Shown here one piece after another: positions 38,480 to 49,264 of a DNA stretch of 64,000 bases. Below the pieces are notes generated by a model, which ran no database searches, was not told the DNA's origin, and worked only from the letters and a program-made list of their open reading frames with translations. Made by a program: the position numbers and the translations under genes. How positions within the stretch are numbered: position 1 is the stretch's first letter; each line of letters starts with the position of its first letter. The DNA lies in the NCBI GenBank assembly GCA_032718475.1, contig JAUCBJ010003058.1, positions 36,156-100,155 on the forward strand, written 5' to 3'. This stretch comes from Nemertoderma westbladi. Taxonomy: Eukaryota; Animalia; Xenacoelomorpha.

Positions 38480-40805
38480 GGCTGGCCCCTTTTCCAGTTA
38501 CTAAAATATTTGAAAGTTCTCTACATGCCTGAATTAACTGTTCACTATCTACAGGTGCCGGTACAAACCTCATAACTTTCTTTACCGTTACTGAATTCAA
38601 AATATCAATAGGAATACCACAAAGATTACTAATTGATCTGAGATTGTGACCACTATTACTCCTACAATCATTGAAAGATATCCTAGCTAGAAATCGAACA
38701 CAGCACTTATTAGAATTCATTACACCAGATGCAAACCGTACTAACCGGCTACATAACATAACCTTGCGATGTGGAAAATTAACCAAACCTTCTACAATAT
38801 GATGGTGGCTATTACATGGAAAAAGCCATGTCCGTCTCACATTAATATTCCAAGCCGTGTAAATTTTGTCAACACTCGAGGAATTTAAATTCCAAACCGG
38901 GCTGCCGTAAAAACTAGTCGTGTTTAGCTTCTGTATGTAACACACATTACTAGGAAAAGCAAAATGGAACTCCTGTCTCAGTTTGGCTAATTTTGATATA
39001 AATTCGGCTCTTTTCATTAACACATCCCTATCAAATGAACACTTATAGTCTAAAATGATACCCAGATGCTTGGCCTGTTGAACCCAGGGTAAACTAATAT
39101 TATTTACAATAATTGTAGCTACTGGTGGTTTCCACTCGTACTGAAAAGGGATACACTTACATTTGCATTTGATGGGATTCATATCAGTACTCAAACGTAA
39201 ATTAAATTCATTGCAAAAAACATGTCATATATTGATCATAAATTGCAATCCTAAAACCGAAGGGCATAAGAGTAAAACGTCATCCGCATAAGCCAAGCAC
39301 CCAAAATAAATAGTGTGTACCAATAAAACAACCGACCTTGGAATTTTTTAACCTATTAATTAAAATATTTAAAATTACACAGAAAAGCACGGGTGAAATT
39401 ATGGAACCTTGTCTGGCACCATTACTAATGCTAAATTTAGCTGAACATGATGTATTCCATCTAACATAGCATTCTTGGATGCGATATATAAATAGCATGC
39501 ACCTAAGAAACAATGGACAAAAACCTTTTTTCATCAACTCTGAAAACAGCTTGGTCCATTCGACAAGATCGAACGCTTTTGTGAAATCTAACAAACAACC
39601 GAACACTGGTGTGCGTTCTCGTGAATAATGACTGATAACCTCACCAGCCGTCCAGGTACACTGTACTGTACTACTGTTCTTGCGGAACCCAAACTGCAAA
39701 TCATCAAGTTGCAATTTGTCCCCTTCCGCCAGTAACATGACACACTCGAAAACCTTTCGTAATAATGAAGCAATCGCTATCGCCCTGTAGTTAATACTTG
39801 AGTTAATATCCCCCAATTTATTTTTTACTAGCGGTACAAATGCAACTGACAATAAACAACGTGAAATAACACCATGCACTAAGAATGAACTGAATAAGGC
39901 TGCAATATGATGTTTTAGAATTTCGCCATCGTTATTAAAGCGTCTGAATCAAAACAACAGTTTACATCACTTTTACATGATTTAAGGTGATACAGACCGT
40001 CATGCACAGCACTTTGGGTAATTATATTCGAGCTTTTATCAGTTCCTAAATCATTATTAGTTGCACCATTAATTTTACTTTCGATATCATCTAAATTAGA
40101 GTCAACGTTTTGATTAAAGGGCTGTCTATATATTGTAGCAAAATTATCCGCTATATCACTATCTACAGTACAACAATCAACCGTTTTACTTTGTAAATTA
40201 ACATTTCCCCTTAATTTACGTATCTCCTTAAATAAATCGACATTCCCATTTAAAGAGGCTTGGAAGAGATTATAGCGCTTTACACGATCTTGTTGCCTTT
40301 TTAGCCTCCGCACAGCATATTTATATTAAAAGAGCTCGCGCTCTCTACCTGTGTTGAAATATATTACCTTGTGAGGAGTTGGGCCTCCCAGCGGACCACC
40401 AAACAGAGTGCCAGAAAATGGCCTCATTTTTGTATGGCTATACATACGAATTCCAACCGGGAATAATTTCCGTAGTACCACTACTAGTACTACTATGACC
40501 ACCCGTACTGGGTAATACTTTAGACGCCGTTTCTATAGAGTCTAAAATATTAAGTGTATATTGTACCAACTCGATTCGGTGAATGTTTGAGACACAATTA
40601 ATATTATCACAATCAGTACAATTATATATAGGCATTTCATATACAGTAATAGCTCATTTAAATTATTTTTAAAAAGTAATTTGTTCTCCCCCGAAGCTCT
40701 ACAGTATATATTCCTATGCGGATATAATTGTTCAGTTCTAGTGTTACGATCGACATTACCAACATAAAATTGAGAATATATTGGACTATGTCCAATAGGC
40801 ATAGT
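38480..40805 (-). mobile_element. 5'-truncated, frameshifted non-LTR retrotransposon (CR1/L2-group-like ORF2)
   Basis: NYRAIA, LQFGF, LLDFTKAFD, GARQGSIISPVLF, YADD (frameshifted) and KHLG motifs in consecutive ORFs. Confidence 0.9.
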
Positions 40806-41410
40806 TCATTAATATGGGGCGAGCCACGAAGTCTGAGCTGAGCCTTACAGCCTTAGCATCAATATTGGAAAGTCATTATTCTAACTCATTACATTATAAA
40901 GTTAATTATAATAACTATCTATTGTACTGTGAGGGAAATATAATCATCACGAGATCTGTTATTAAACGACAGAGCGCAGCGAGGGATGAGGTAAATAAGT
41001 CCCCATATTTTGGGAGTGGTGGTCCGAAACCTTAATTAAAACTGTCATGTAACCCCAACCTTAATTATTTTGGATCCTAAATTCCACAAAATTTCTTAGA
41101 TTGTTAGAGCATCGGGACTTTAAGGTTATAGGGTTACTAATGACAGTTTTATTTAGGGTTTGGGCCTGACCAACTAACCCAACCACAAAAATAAACCAAT
41201 AAATCCAAGTTAAAGTGCTGTACGCGGTACGCTAGACCTACTATCAGACTATTATTATACTGTACGTCTATCAGTCTAGGGCGGCTGGCAATCCGCGCGC
41301 GGGGGGGGGGGGGGGGGGGGGGGGGGGGTAGATACGCCTCGGACACCGGCAGCATTCTTAATGCAGCTGCTTCCAGCATGCCCATTATAGATAGATAGAT
41401 AATTGAAACC

Positions 41411-41677
41411 TGAAAAAGGTGGACAGTCCAATCACTAATAATTAGCTTTGCATTAATACGTTTCTGATTGGTCAGACTATTATTATCTATGTTTTTTGTG
41501 CATGTGTCCAGTCCACCTTTTTCAAACACACATCTTATTCCCAATCATGTAACTAAGAAAACGAAAACTTGAAAAAGGTGGACAGACCAATTGCTACAAA
41601 CTGCTTTGCATAATACGTTTCTGATTGGTCTGTCCCTTGTCCATGTTTTCTGTGTCCAGTCCACCTTTTTCAAACAC
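41411..41677. repeat. Two tandem ~110-bp hairpin units (gaaaaaggtggac ... gtccacctttttc)
   Basis: Copies at 41411-41523 and 41571-41671, each bounded by a 13-bp inverted repeat. Confidence 0.7.
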
Positions 41678-41735
41678 CCGTCTCACATTCAGAACAAGCA
41701 GTCAAGTATTATGAAGATCTGACTGGATTTATAAA

Positions 41736-41825
41736 TAGGAGTAGCGACAACCCCTACCCTCGGTTAGCAGCTATCGAAAGAGGAGCCTTTGGGTCGCCTC
41801 CGGCTTCGGCCGACTGTTGCTTTAC
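41736..41825 (+). mobile_element. SINE 3' tail fragment
   Basis: taggagtagcg...cccctaccc...gcagctatcgaaagaggagcc is shared with 56543-56594. A diverged copy lies at ~50-112. Confidence 0.65.
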
Positions 41826-42714
41826 CAAATAAAGAGTTCGCATATCATATTCCGTGTTTATTTCACCAGCAACATAGTACAACAATTTTTCAATTATTAT
41901 TATAAAATGAATGCAATACACATTGGACAATTTATTATATTTAAAGTATCATATTATTCATTATCGTATGTTTAAATTTTAATGTATTTTTAATTAAACT
42001 GACACATTTTCTAATTATTAAACTGACATCAATTTTCCAAAGTTATTTCCGTAATTCCTAATGGGACACTTTGTACAAATAATTGTCTATCTTCAAAATA
42101 CCTAGTTTCGTAAATTCCATATATAATATGCTGTTCAAATTTCATGCACCTTAACATAACTGCATAACTTTTAAAAATTTGTTTTTTAACAACGGTCAAT
42201 TTCTAACGTTATTTTTTGTAAAGTATAAATTTTATTATATCCTATAAGAATATGCCAAAATGTATAGAAAGGTTATATGCCAGAAGTACTAAAATGCGAT
42301 AAAAATTATTATTGGACACAAATATCGGTGATGTAGCGTCCAAATCGGTATACCTTAGGTCATGTAGCATTAGGTCCTATAGCATATATCTGACTGTTGA
42401 TTCTCTATTAATCTATTCTACAATATTTCTAACACTCATTTATTGTTTTGGTTCGTTTCCACGCGCCTCTGTAATCTGCTCCTTTACTAACCTGCCTGGT
42501 TTTGGAGGCAGACTGGACCTACTGGCACGGCCCTAACGCTACCAGTACCTAAGACCTAATGCCATGGACCTAACGTTACCAGGACCTAAAGCACCAGGAC
42601 CTAACGCACCATAACCCAAAAATCATCATATTAAACAATTTTAAACTGTAATACAATTTTAAATAATGCTTCTGTTTCTTATATAGGCTACTCAGTACCA
42701 GGAATATGGAATGT

Positions 42715-42870
42715 TCAGCTGTAACCGGTTGATGGATGTTGGTCAAAGAAAACGCTTTCAATAGGCTTCCACCAATGTCCAGGTGCCCCAGTCGCTTCAC
42801 CTTCCACAGGGACTACCAAGTCTTTCATTAATTCCCACCACTTCTGTATTATAGGATCCTCACCAATAGC
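42715..42870 (-). CDS. rhaM-like: L-rhamnose mutarotase family protein, exon 2
   Basis: Acceptor ttttttttaattcAG, phase 0. Encodes AIGEDPIIQKWWELMKDLVVPVEGEATGAPGHWWKPIESVFFDQHPSTGYS*. Has the conserved WW..M and WW...E.VF motifs. Confidence 0.9.
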   Translation of the reverse strand, partial: AIGEDPIIQKWWELMKDLVVPVEGEATGAPGHWWKPIESVFFDQHPSTGYS

Positions 42871-42940
42871 CTGAATTAAAAAAAATATTATAAACAATTT
42901 CAGCTGTATTTGCCGTTTGATTAATATAGTTACGGGCCTA

Positions 42941-43593
42941 TATGGAGCCCCTAAATGGACATGCAAAATATATTTTTTTATATCTTGTGCGCACAACTTA
43001 CTAAGTTGGTACAACTTAGTATTATTGTGCGCACAACTTAGAATCTTGTGCGCACAACTTACTACTGTATGTTGTGCACACAACTTACTACATTGTGCCC
43101 ACAACTTACAAGTTGTGCACACAAGTTAGTATTTCATGCAAACAACTTAGATTACTAACTTCCAATTGGTTACTTTGAAAGCATTGTGGTGGGAATTTTA
43201 TAAAATACAATGGACAAACCACTAACCACTTATATATCTCTAGGCTGCTAGGCTCCTTGCTCCTAGGATACTTTAAATTTCCCGATCAGGTTTTATATCC
43301 TAATTGGGCTTTATTACCCTCTATAGGCCTACTACCATACTTCACTGCATTAAAGATTTCTGACACAAATTAAGACATTACAATTTCGAAAATGCCACCA
43401 CACAGCGTTTTGAATAATTTGACCAATTTAAATTCAAAATACTGTGCACAGTTGTGCACACAAGATAGTGAGTTGTGCACACAACTTTGCTAAAGTTGTG
43501 TGCAGAAGATACAAATTGTGCGCACAAGATAGTAAGTTGTGCGCACAACTTAGGAAAAAAAATATTTTCCCATGTCTCTTTAGGGGCTCCATA
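42941..43593. mobile_element. MITE with TIRs and inverted ~21-bp subterminal repeats, inside the rhaM-like intron
   Basis: Termini tatggagcccctaa ... ttaggggctccata. ttgtgcgcacaa-containing arrays occur at both ends. Confidence 0.85.
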
Positions 43594-44551
43594 TGAGATA
43601 CCGACCTTTTGTTTCATAGAGATAGGATAGCAAAATGCATATACAATACAGTACCCTTGTCTAGTTACAAAATGTAAGTACCAAATTAAAAATATGTATT
43701 TAAGTTCGCAGCAATGTTCGAATTGTAAATCTCTTTATGGCTCGGCGCGGTACCTATCCAAATGAGTCTGTTCAGCATTGGAACTTCTTATTAGCCCCCC
43801 TGCCACCTAAAAACTTGCCACCTGAAAAGAGCGCCTCTGCTTTGCATGATATTGTCTACTCCGTGGGGACCACACTTGAAGATGTGACTCATCATGCTGA
43901 AGTTATTGGTGATAGAGAGCAGCATCCCCTAATACCCATTCGACTACATGCAGATGAATTATATAAATAAATTCAGACTCTAAAATATCTGCATCTCGTT
44001 TCCATATTATATTATTATATTATATATATATATATATTATATTATTATATTATAGAATCGATTAATTATTGATATATTTTCGATGTTGTGCACTTGATAC
44101 TTCTGACGTTTGTGTGCATTCATTGTGCGACATTTATGATAATGGCTTCTGGTCTGTTGGCTGATTCCATGCTATAATTGACATATATATATACTCTTCT
44201 TGATCATACTAAAGTCTTCGGCCTGTACACTATTGTACTGTACCAGTGGAATGTACCATTATAAAGTACATTGAAAAATATACCACAAGTGATAATTTAC
44301 ACTTCTTGGTATGATATAGATAGAATACATTCAATATTGTACTCGTATTTAATTATAGTAATTCACTATTTGACTAAATAAATACTACTGTTATTATTTC
44401 ATGTTGTCCTAGACACATTTGTTTTGTGGATTTCATCTTTTCTTTTTTCTTGAGAGAGAGTAATCATTTTCCGCAACATTGTTATTTTTCTTTGTGGTTA
44501 AATATAATCATTATGTCTACATAGTGACAGGAGAATTTCAAAAAATCTAAC

Positions 44552-44785
44552 CTTAGCATCAGCATCGATGTCATCTCCGATGTATTCTTTATATGAAAAT
44601 AGAAGATTATTCACCCGATCATAGAATATATTGTAATTTCTAAAATTACTTTTATACAAACGATCCAGTACTCCTGGCCATACATTGGAATGGTAAGTTT
44701 TATAAGCCTCATAACTTCCAGGTGTAAGTTTGATTACTGATCCAAATCTCTTAGGAGGTCGCGTAAGTGTTTCTTTACTAGACAT
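44552..44785 (-). CDS. rhaM-like: L-rhamnose mutarotase family protein, exon 1 (spliced product 129 aa)
   Basis: Encodes MSSKETLTRPPKRFGSVIKLTPGSYEAYKTYHSNVWPGVLDRLYKSNFRNYNIFY...LLFSYKEYIGDDIDADAK. Donor AAG|GTTAGA, phase 0. YxxxHxxVWP and NYxIF motifs match the RhaM family. Confidence 0.92.
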
Positions 44786-45996
44786 TATTACTAATTATTA
44801 GAAGCAATTTTTGTGCTAATTTAGATAACGTAGAACTTACTGTGTATACTAGTAAATAATTTATTAAGTGATCCATTAGTGTGTGATTTTAATTTTTGTT
44901 AATCACTAGAAAGTTTACTTCTTCACTACAACTATTGACAATTGATTATTTTAATAGAACGGATGAAGTGGTAGGCATTCACCAGCGGTAACATAGTGTA
45001 TGTATGAAAAAATAAAATATTGATGGTGGGGCGAGCCACGAAAGTAAGCGAGCTTAGCAAACAGGTACCACTAACTCAATCGGTGTGTCTGTCGTTCTGT
45101 TGTGTTAAATTTTAAACGTTAATAACTCAGCCAAATCTCTATGAAATCTAACCAAACTTCGTACATATGTAGTCTGAAAAAGTTTATAAATTTTCCAAGT
45201 TGAATTTGTGTGGGGTCTTCGTGCAGCACCTGTGTAACTGTCTTGTAGTTATAATAAATTTAACTATCCAAAATTATTAGGTTTGGCATCAGCTGGATGC
45301 TAGGAGGCTGCAGGATATATCAGGTGGGTTTCTGGCAAAATTCAGCAATACCTGAATACCGGTACAATGCAGCAATGTGGCCTTTGGCAGTGTGGTTGTC
45401 AGCCATTCCAGCATTTCCATATTGCGGAGTACAGAGTACGACACCAGTACCATGAAATGCCTGTACTCAATACCATATTGCTCACTGACTATTGCAGTAT
45501 ACTGTACATGGTAGGCCTAGCTGTCTAGGCTGGTGGTCAGAGGGTGGTACTGCAGTATTGGTAGGCCTAGTGCCGTGCCATAGCACCGTACACCATAGAG
45601 AGTCCTGCAATCACCGGACAGCTGGATGACTGAATTGCGATATTGTGACTATTCAGCCTGCTCCAGCAGCCATATCTTGTATGGTACGGCTGTACGGTAA
45701 TCTTATTAAACATATGTTTTACAGTAGGCCCTATTTAATTGTATTTGTATGTTGGATGAAAGAAAGCCCTTTTTAATGACTAGGCTGCTACATATTGGTA
45801 TTTTATACATTTTTATAGGAAGGGTTCTAGGGGTCTTAACCTCGAATGATAAGTATTAATTTACCGAAAATAACCTATCTTTTATTGGCGCAATTATAGG
45901 ACTAATCCCATCACATGCGTATTTTTTAACCAGGTAGTTTACAAATTTAGGAATTGCGTAATTTTTCTTGAAATTAATATCTCATATCTCTCCAAA

Positions 45997-46037
45997 CCAC
46001 GTATGCGTTTTGACCTTACTGGGTCTCATCAGCGTGG
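45997..46037 (-). ncRNA. Minimal type I hammerhead ribozyme motif (GAAA mutated to AAAA)
   Basis: Minus strand: CCACG CUGAUGA GACC caguaa GGUC AAAA cgca UA CGUGG. Stem I is a perfect 5 bp and stem II 4 bp. Confidence 0.7.
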
Positions 46038-46083
46038 TGTCGGATTCGAACCTGGGACCTGAAATTAATACTCCATATCTCAA

Positions 46084-46145
46084 GAACCTGTGGCCTAGTG
46101 GTTGTAGTCTCGGCTTCCACCTCGAGGTCCCAGGTTCGAATCCGA
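46084..46145 (+). promoter_or_regulatory. tRNA-like SINE head with Pol III A and B boxes
   Basis: A box TGGCCTAGTGG (46091-46101) and B box GGTTCGAATCC (46133-46143). No acceptor stem, so not a true tRNA. Confidence 0.75.
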
Positions 46146-46147
46146 CA

Positions 46148-46188
46148 CCTCGCTAATGAGACCCAGTAAGGTCGAAACGCATATGTTG
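46148..46188 (+). ncRNA. Minimal hammerhead ribozyme motif, second copy (CUGAUGA mutated to CUAAUGA, stem I decayed)
   Basis: ccucg CUAAUGA GACC caguaa GGUC GAAA cgca UA uguug, directly after the B box. Confidence 0.6.
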
Positions 46189-46699
46189 TTTGGAGAGATA
46201 TGAGATATTAATTTCAAGAAAAATTACGTGATTCCTTAATTTGTACACTACCTGGTTTAAAAGTACGCATGCGATGGGATTAGTCCTACAATTGCACCAA
46301 TAAAAGATAAAATATTTTCGGTAATATAAAATTTATTCGAGGTTAAGAGAACCCTTCCTATAATAAATGTATAAAAACCTACACCTCGAAAAATGCAGCT
46401 TGCCAACACATTATTGCTACGTATTGGTATGACCAAGTGAAGGAGCAATAGGCCTACCCAGCCCTTTTAAATGCCAAAACAGTCTATCTCATTTTTATGT
46501 AGTTTTGAGAAAAACGCAAAATACATTCCAGGCCTGTCATTTGATTCCTGATTTCGTTGAAATCCTGTGAAATGATGTCATTAGGTAAGTTATAGTCATA
46601 GAATTCTTTGAACAGCATATTTTTAACTGAAACTTGGATCTACATACTGTAGTGCAATGTGAGATTGAGCATATTTGCTTTTATGTTTTCATAGACATT

Positions 46700-47403
46700 T
46701 GTCAAGTCGATGCGGGATGCTCATATTTAACTACAGCTATATCAAATGCCACCATGCCATCATCCAGCAGAAAAGGGAAACCATGGTTCGATGGCAAATG
46801 CCACGCAGCCAAAATCGCTGCGATAAATGCCTTCTGGGTTTTAAAACAGAACCCATGCGTTCCGGCACATGAGACATATGTGGAATGCCAACGTTCGTAC
46901 AAACAACTGATAAAGAGTAGGAAGTGCCTGCACAAAGCGTGCACAACTCACAAACTCGTGGAATGCGAGTCAGATTCATCAAAGTTCTGGAATTTATTGA
47001 AGTTTGGCTCGCATACAAAACCTGTGGCACAACAATTCTCGAAAGACTCCTGGTCTAAACATTTTACAGCGCTTCTCTCTACCGACTCTGACACCAAATT
47101 ACCTGATGATCACCCGACTAATCCCTGCCCCACATTAGACATACCAATTTCGGCCGCTGAGGTAACAGCGGCAATTAACAGACAGAAATCCCACAAGGCG
47201 GCTGGGTCTGAGGGTGTGATTAATGAAGCACTAAAATCAGGGTTTGGCTTGATACTACCATACATACTGTCATTATTTACGATATGTTTTAATAGTGCCG
47301 TCCGCCCTGTAGCATCATATCTTCTACCTCTGTACTAGGGGAAAGGTGCCAAATGCTCACCTGACAGTTATCGCGGTATAGAACTACTTTCTTGCCTACT
47401 TAA
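46700..47403 (+). mobile_element. Non-LTR retrotransposon ORF2 fragment (region before RT)
   Basis: KPWFDGKC, LDIPISAAEV, KAAGSEGVINEALK and YRGIELLS motifs. Confidence 0.8.
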
Positions 47404-48665
47404 GTCGGTCAGGTCAGGTATTCTAGGTCATTGATCAAGAAACCTTGCCACCTCCATGCAGCATAAAGGAGGTGCCACCTGTAGCTGCATAGACCCTCTT
47501 ACTAGGGCAAATCTGGTCCTGTAACTAGGACCCCTATCGTTCCGGGATAAGGACGCCATTGGTGCTGGACTAAGGACCCATATACTTGGCTGCAGGGGTG
47601 TATGGCCTGGACAGGCAGGTGGTAATCTACCAATGGCTGGTCAGGAGTAGAGTGTTCTCATGTCCACTCTGAGTACACTTCCCCTCGACCTGCATCTGGC
47701 AGCAGGGGTACAGGGCATGACCCAGCAGATGAACTGCACAGCCAATGTGGGTCATGTGCGCCAGAGTAGATATGGGTGATGGGCCTCATATCTGACTCCA
47801 CTGCGACACCCACCCTGTGGAACGGCAAACCAGGGTGTGGTATTTGCCCCGAGAGCTGACTCGGCAAAAAAGCACCCCCAACCCCCCACTATGGATTACA
47901 TTAGTAATGCGGAGGTCCGGCCACTAGAGGCCAGTGGAATTACCGGACACATTCGGCCTCACAGGCATCAGTTATCTCCTGGCCGGCTGCCTGTCTCACC
48001 CCCTGCTGGAGAGAGTGACGCCAACAATTCTTGGAGTCCCTTTCCTGATGACCTTTCTGGCCCAAACCCTGGGTCACCAGGGAGGCAGGATTGTGAGGGG
48101 GGAGAGTGATTCTGGAGTTGGAGCCTACTATCATGTTCCACCCCGACCGACAAAGCCATTGGTGAATCTGAGGCAAGTCACTAGACTAGCCTCAGTAAAC
48201 ACCCTAACACTCGGGTCCCCAATGCGACAAGGTGAGCTGACTGCCTTGGCAGATAAGCTTTCTCTTAGCGCAGTGGGTGTTCAAGAGCACCGAATGCAGA
48301 CTGGACAGACTGATGAGGTTCTGATTAAGGACATGGGAGGCGGTTGGCGACTCGCCCTTGTGTCAGCAGCTTGGTGGTATTGGTAACATTGGTAACATGT
48401 ACATTGGAAGTGTATCATTGGTTCCCCCAAGCTTGACACTAGAACAAAATCGCCTCCGCTTTGCAGGACATTGCTTTCGCCGTGAGGACCAGCCAGTGCA
48501 TAATCTTGTACTTTGGCAGCCTCATGGAGTGAATAAGCATGGTGGACAGCCCATGACTTTCTTGAGACGCATCTTAAAGGACACTGGCCTTGAAGATGCG
48601 GATGATCTAGCAAATGTCATTGGTGATAGGGAGTTGTGGCGGTGCAATTTTGTTGATAAGCCGGC
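47404..48665 (+). mobile_element. Internally deleted RTE-group element (5' UTR and endonuclease start fused to the 3' end)
   Basis: A GC-rich UTR and LASVNTLTL...VGVQEHR (APE domains I-II) jump at ~48390 to LRFAGHCFR...VLWQP (ORF C-terminus; matches 55600-55853). Confidence 0.8.
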
Positions 48666-49264
48666 ACAGCATTCTTAAAAATGCAGCTGCAATGCAGCAT
48701 GCCGATCCTAGTAGTAGTAGTATAAATAAATATATTATATAAGTTATAAGTGTAAATACGTAAATACCGTATATGATATAAATTTATTAGTTTTATTCAT
48801 AAAATCATACAATAACGACAATCCACATACACTATTCATTTTATTCATTGACAAATATACAATAATTGGACTTTGCTACTGCATGGTCGGCCATATTATG
48901 ACAATAACCTATCTAATATTTATAATTACCGTTTAAGACTGTTAAACGGAGTCACTTTCTTGAATTTATATTATTTCTAATAAATTGTACATCATACTGG
49001 ATAGAGTTGATGTACAAATTGTTCTGATAGGGGGTTGTGGATGTGGTGGGCAGAATTTTTCATATTTATTTTGAAAATACATCTCAACTGTACATTTTAT
49101 CCGTGTAGAGCTAAAAAAAACAATGAGGGCAAACAATTGGCCCATGACAGTTAACGATATACAAGCTGACTGCATTCAATTTTTTATTGTTATGAGTAAA
49201 ATATATTTACTATTGGTGATTTTGGTGAAACAAAAGTTCTAATAAAAAAAAGTTCTAATTTCGT

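Larger units (their letters stand above)
45801..46376. repeat. ~255-bp inverted repeat (45801-46060 / 46125-46376) with a 64-bp spacer
   Basis: The arms are diverged reverse complements along their whole length. Confidence 0.92.

Noticed and set aside
46084-46150. Functional tRNA-Gly(TCC) gene
   Set aside because: A and B boxes are present, but there is no paired acceptor stem and the anticodon stem is imperfect. It is a SINE head. The same applies to 56399-56465 and 8350-8414.
47440-47520. HDV-like ribozyme at the RTE 5' end
   Set aside because: A P1-like pair (atgcagc/gctgcat) and a P4-like hairpin exist, but I could not build P2/P3 in the required nested order. A structure-descriptor search would settle it.
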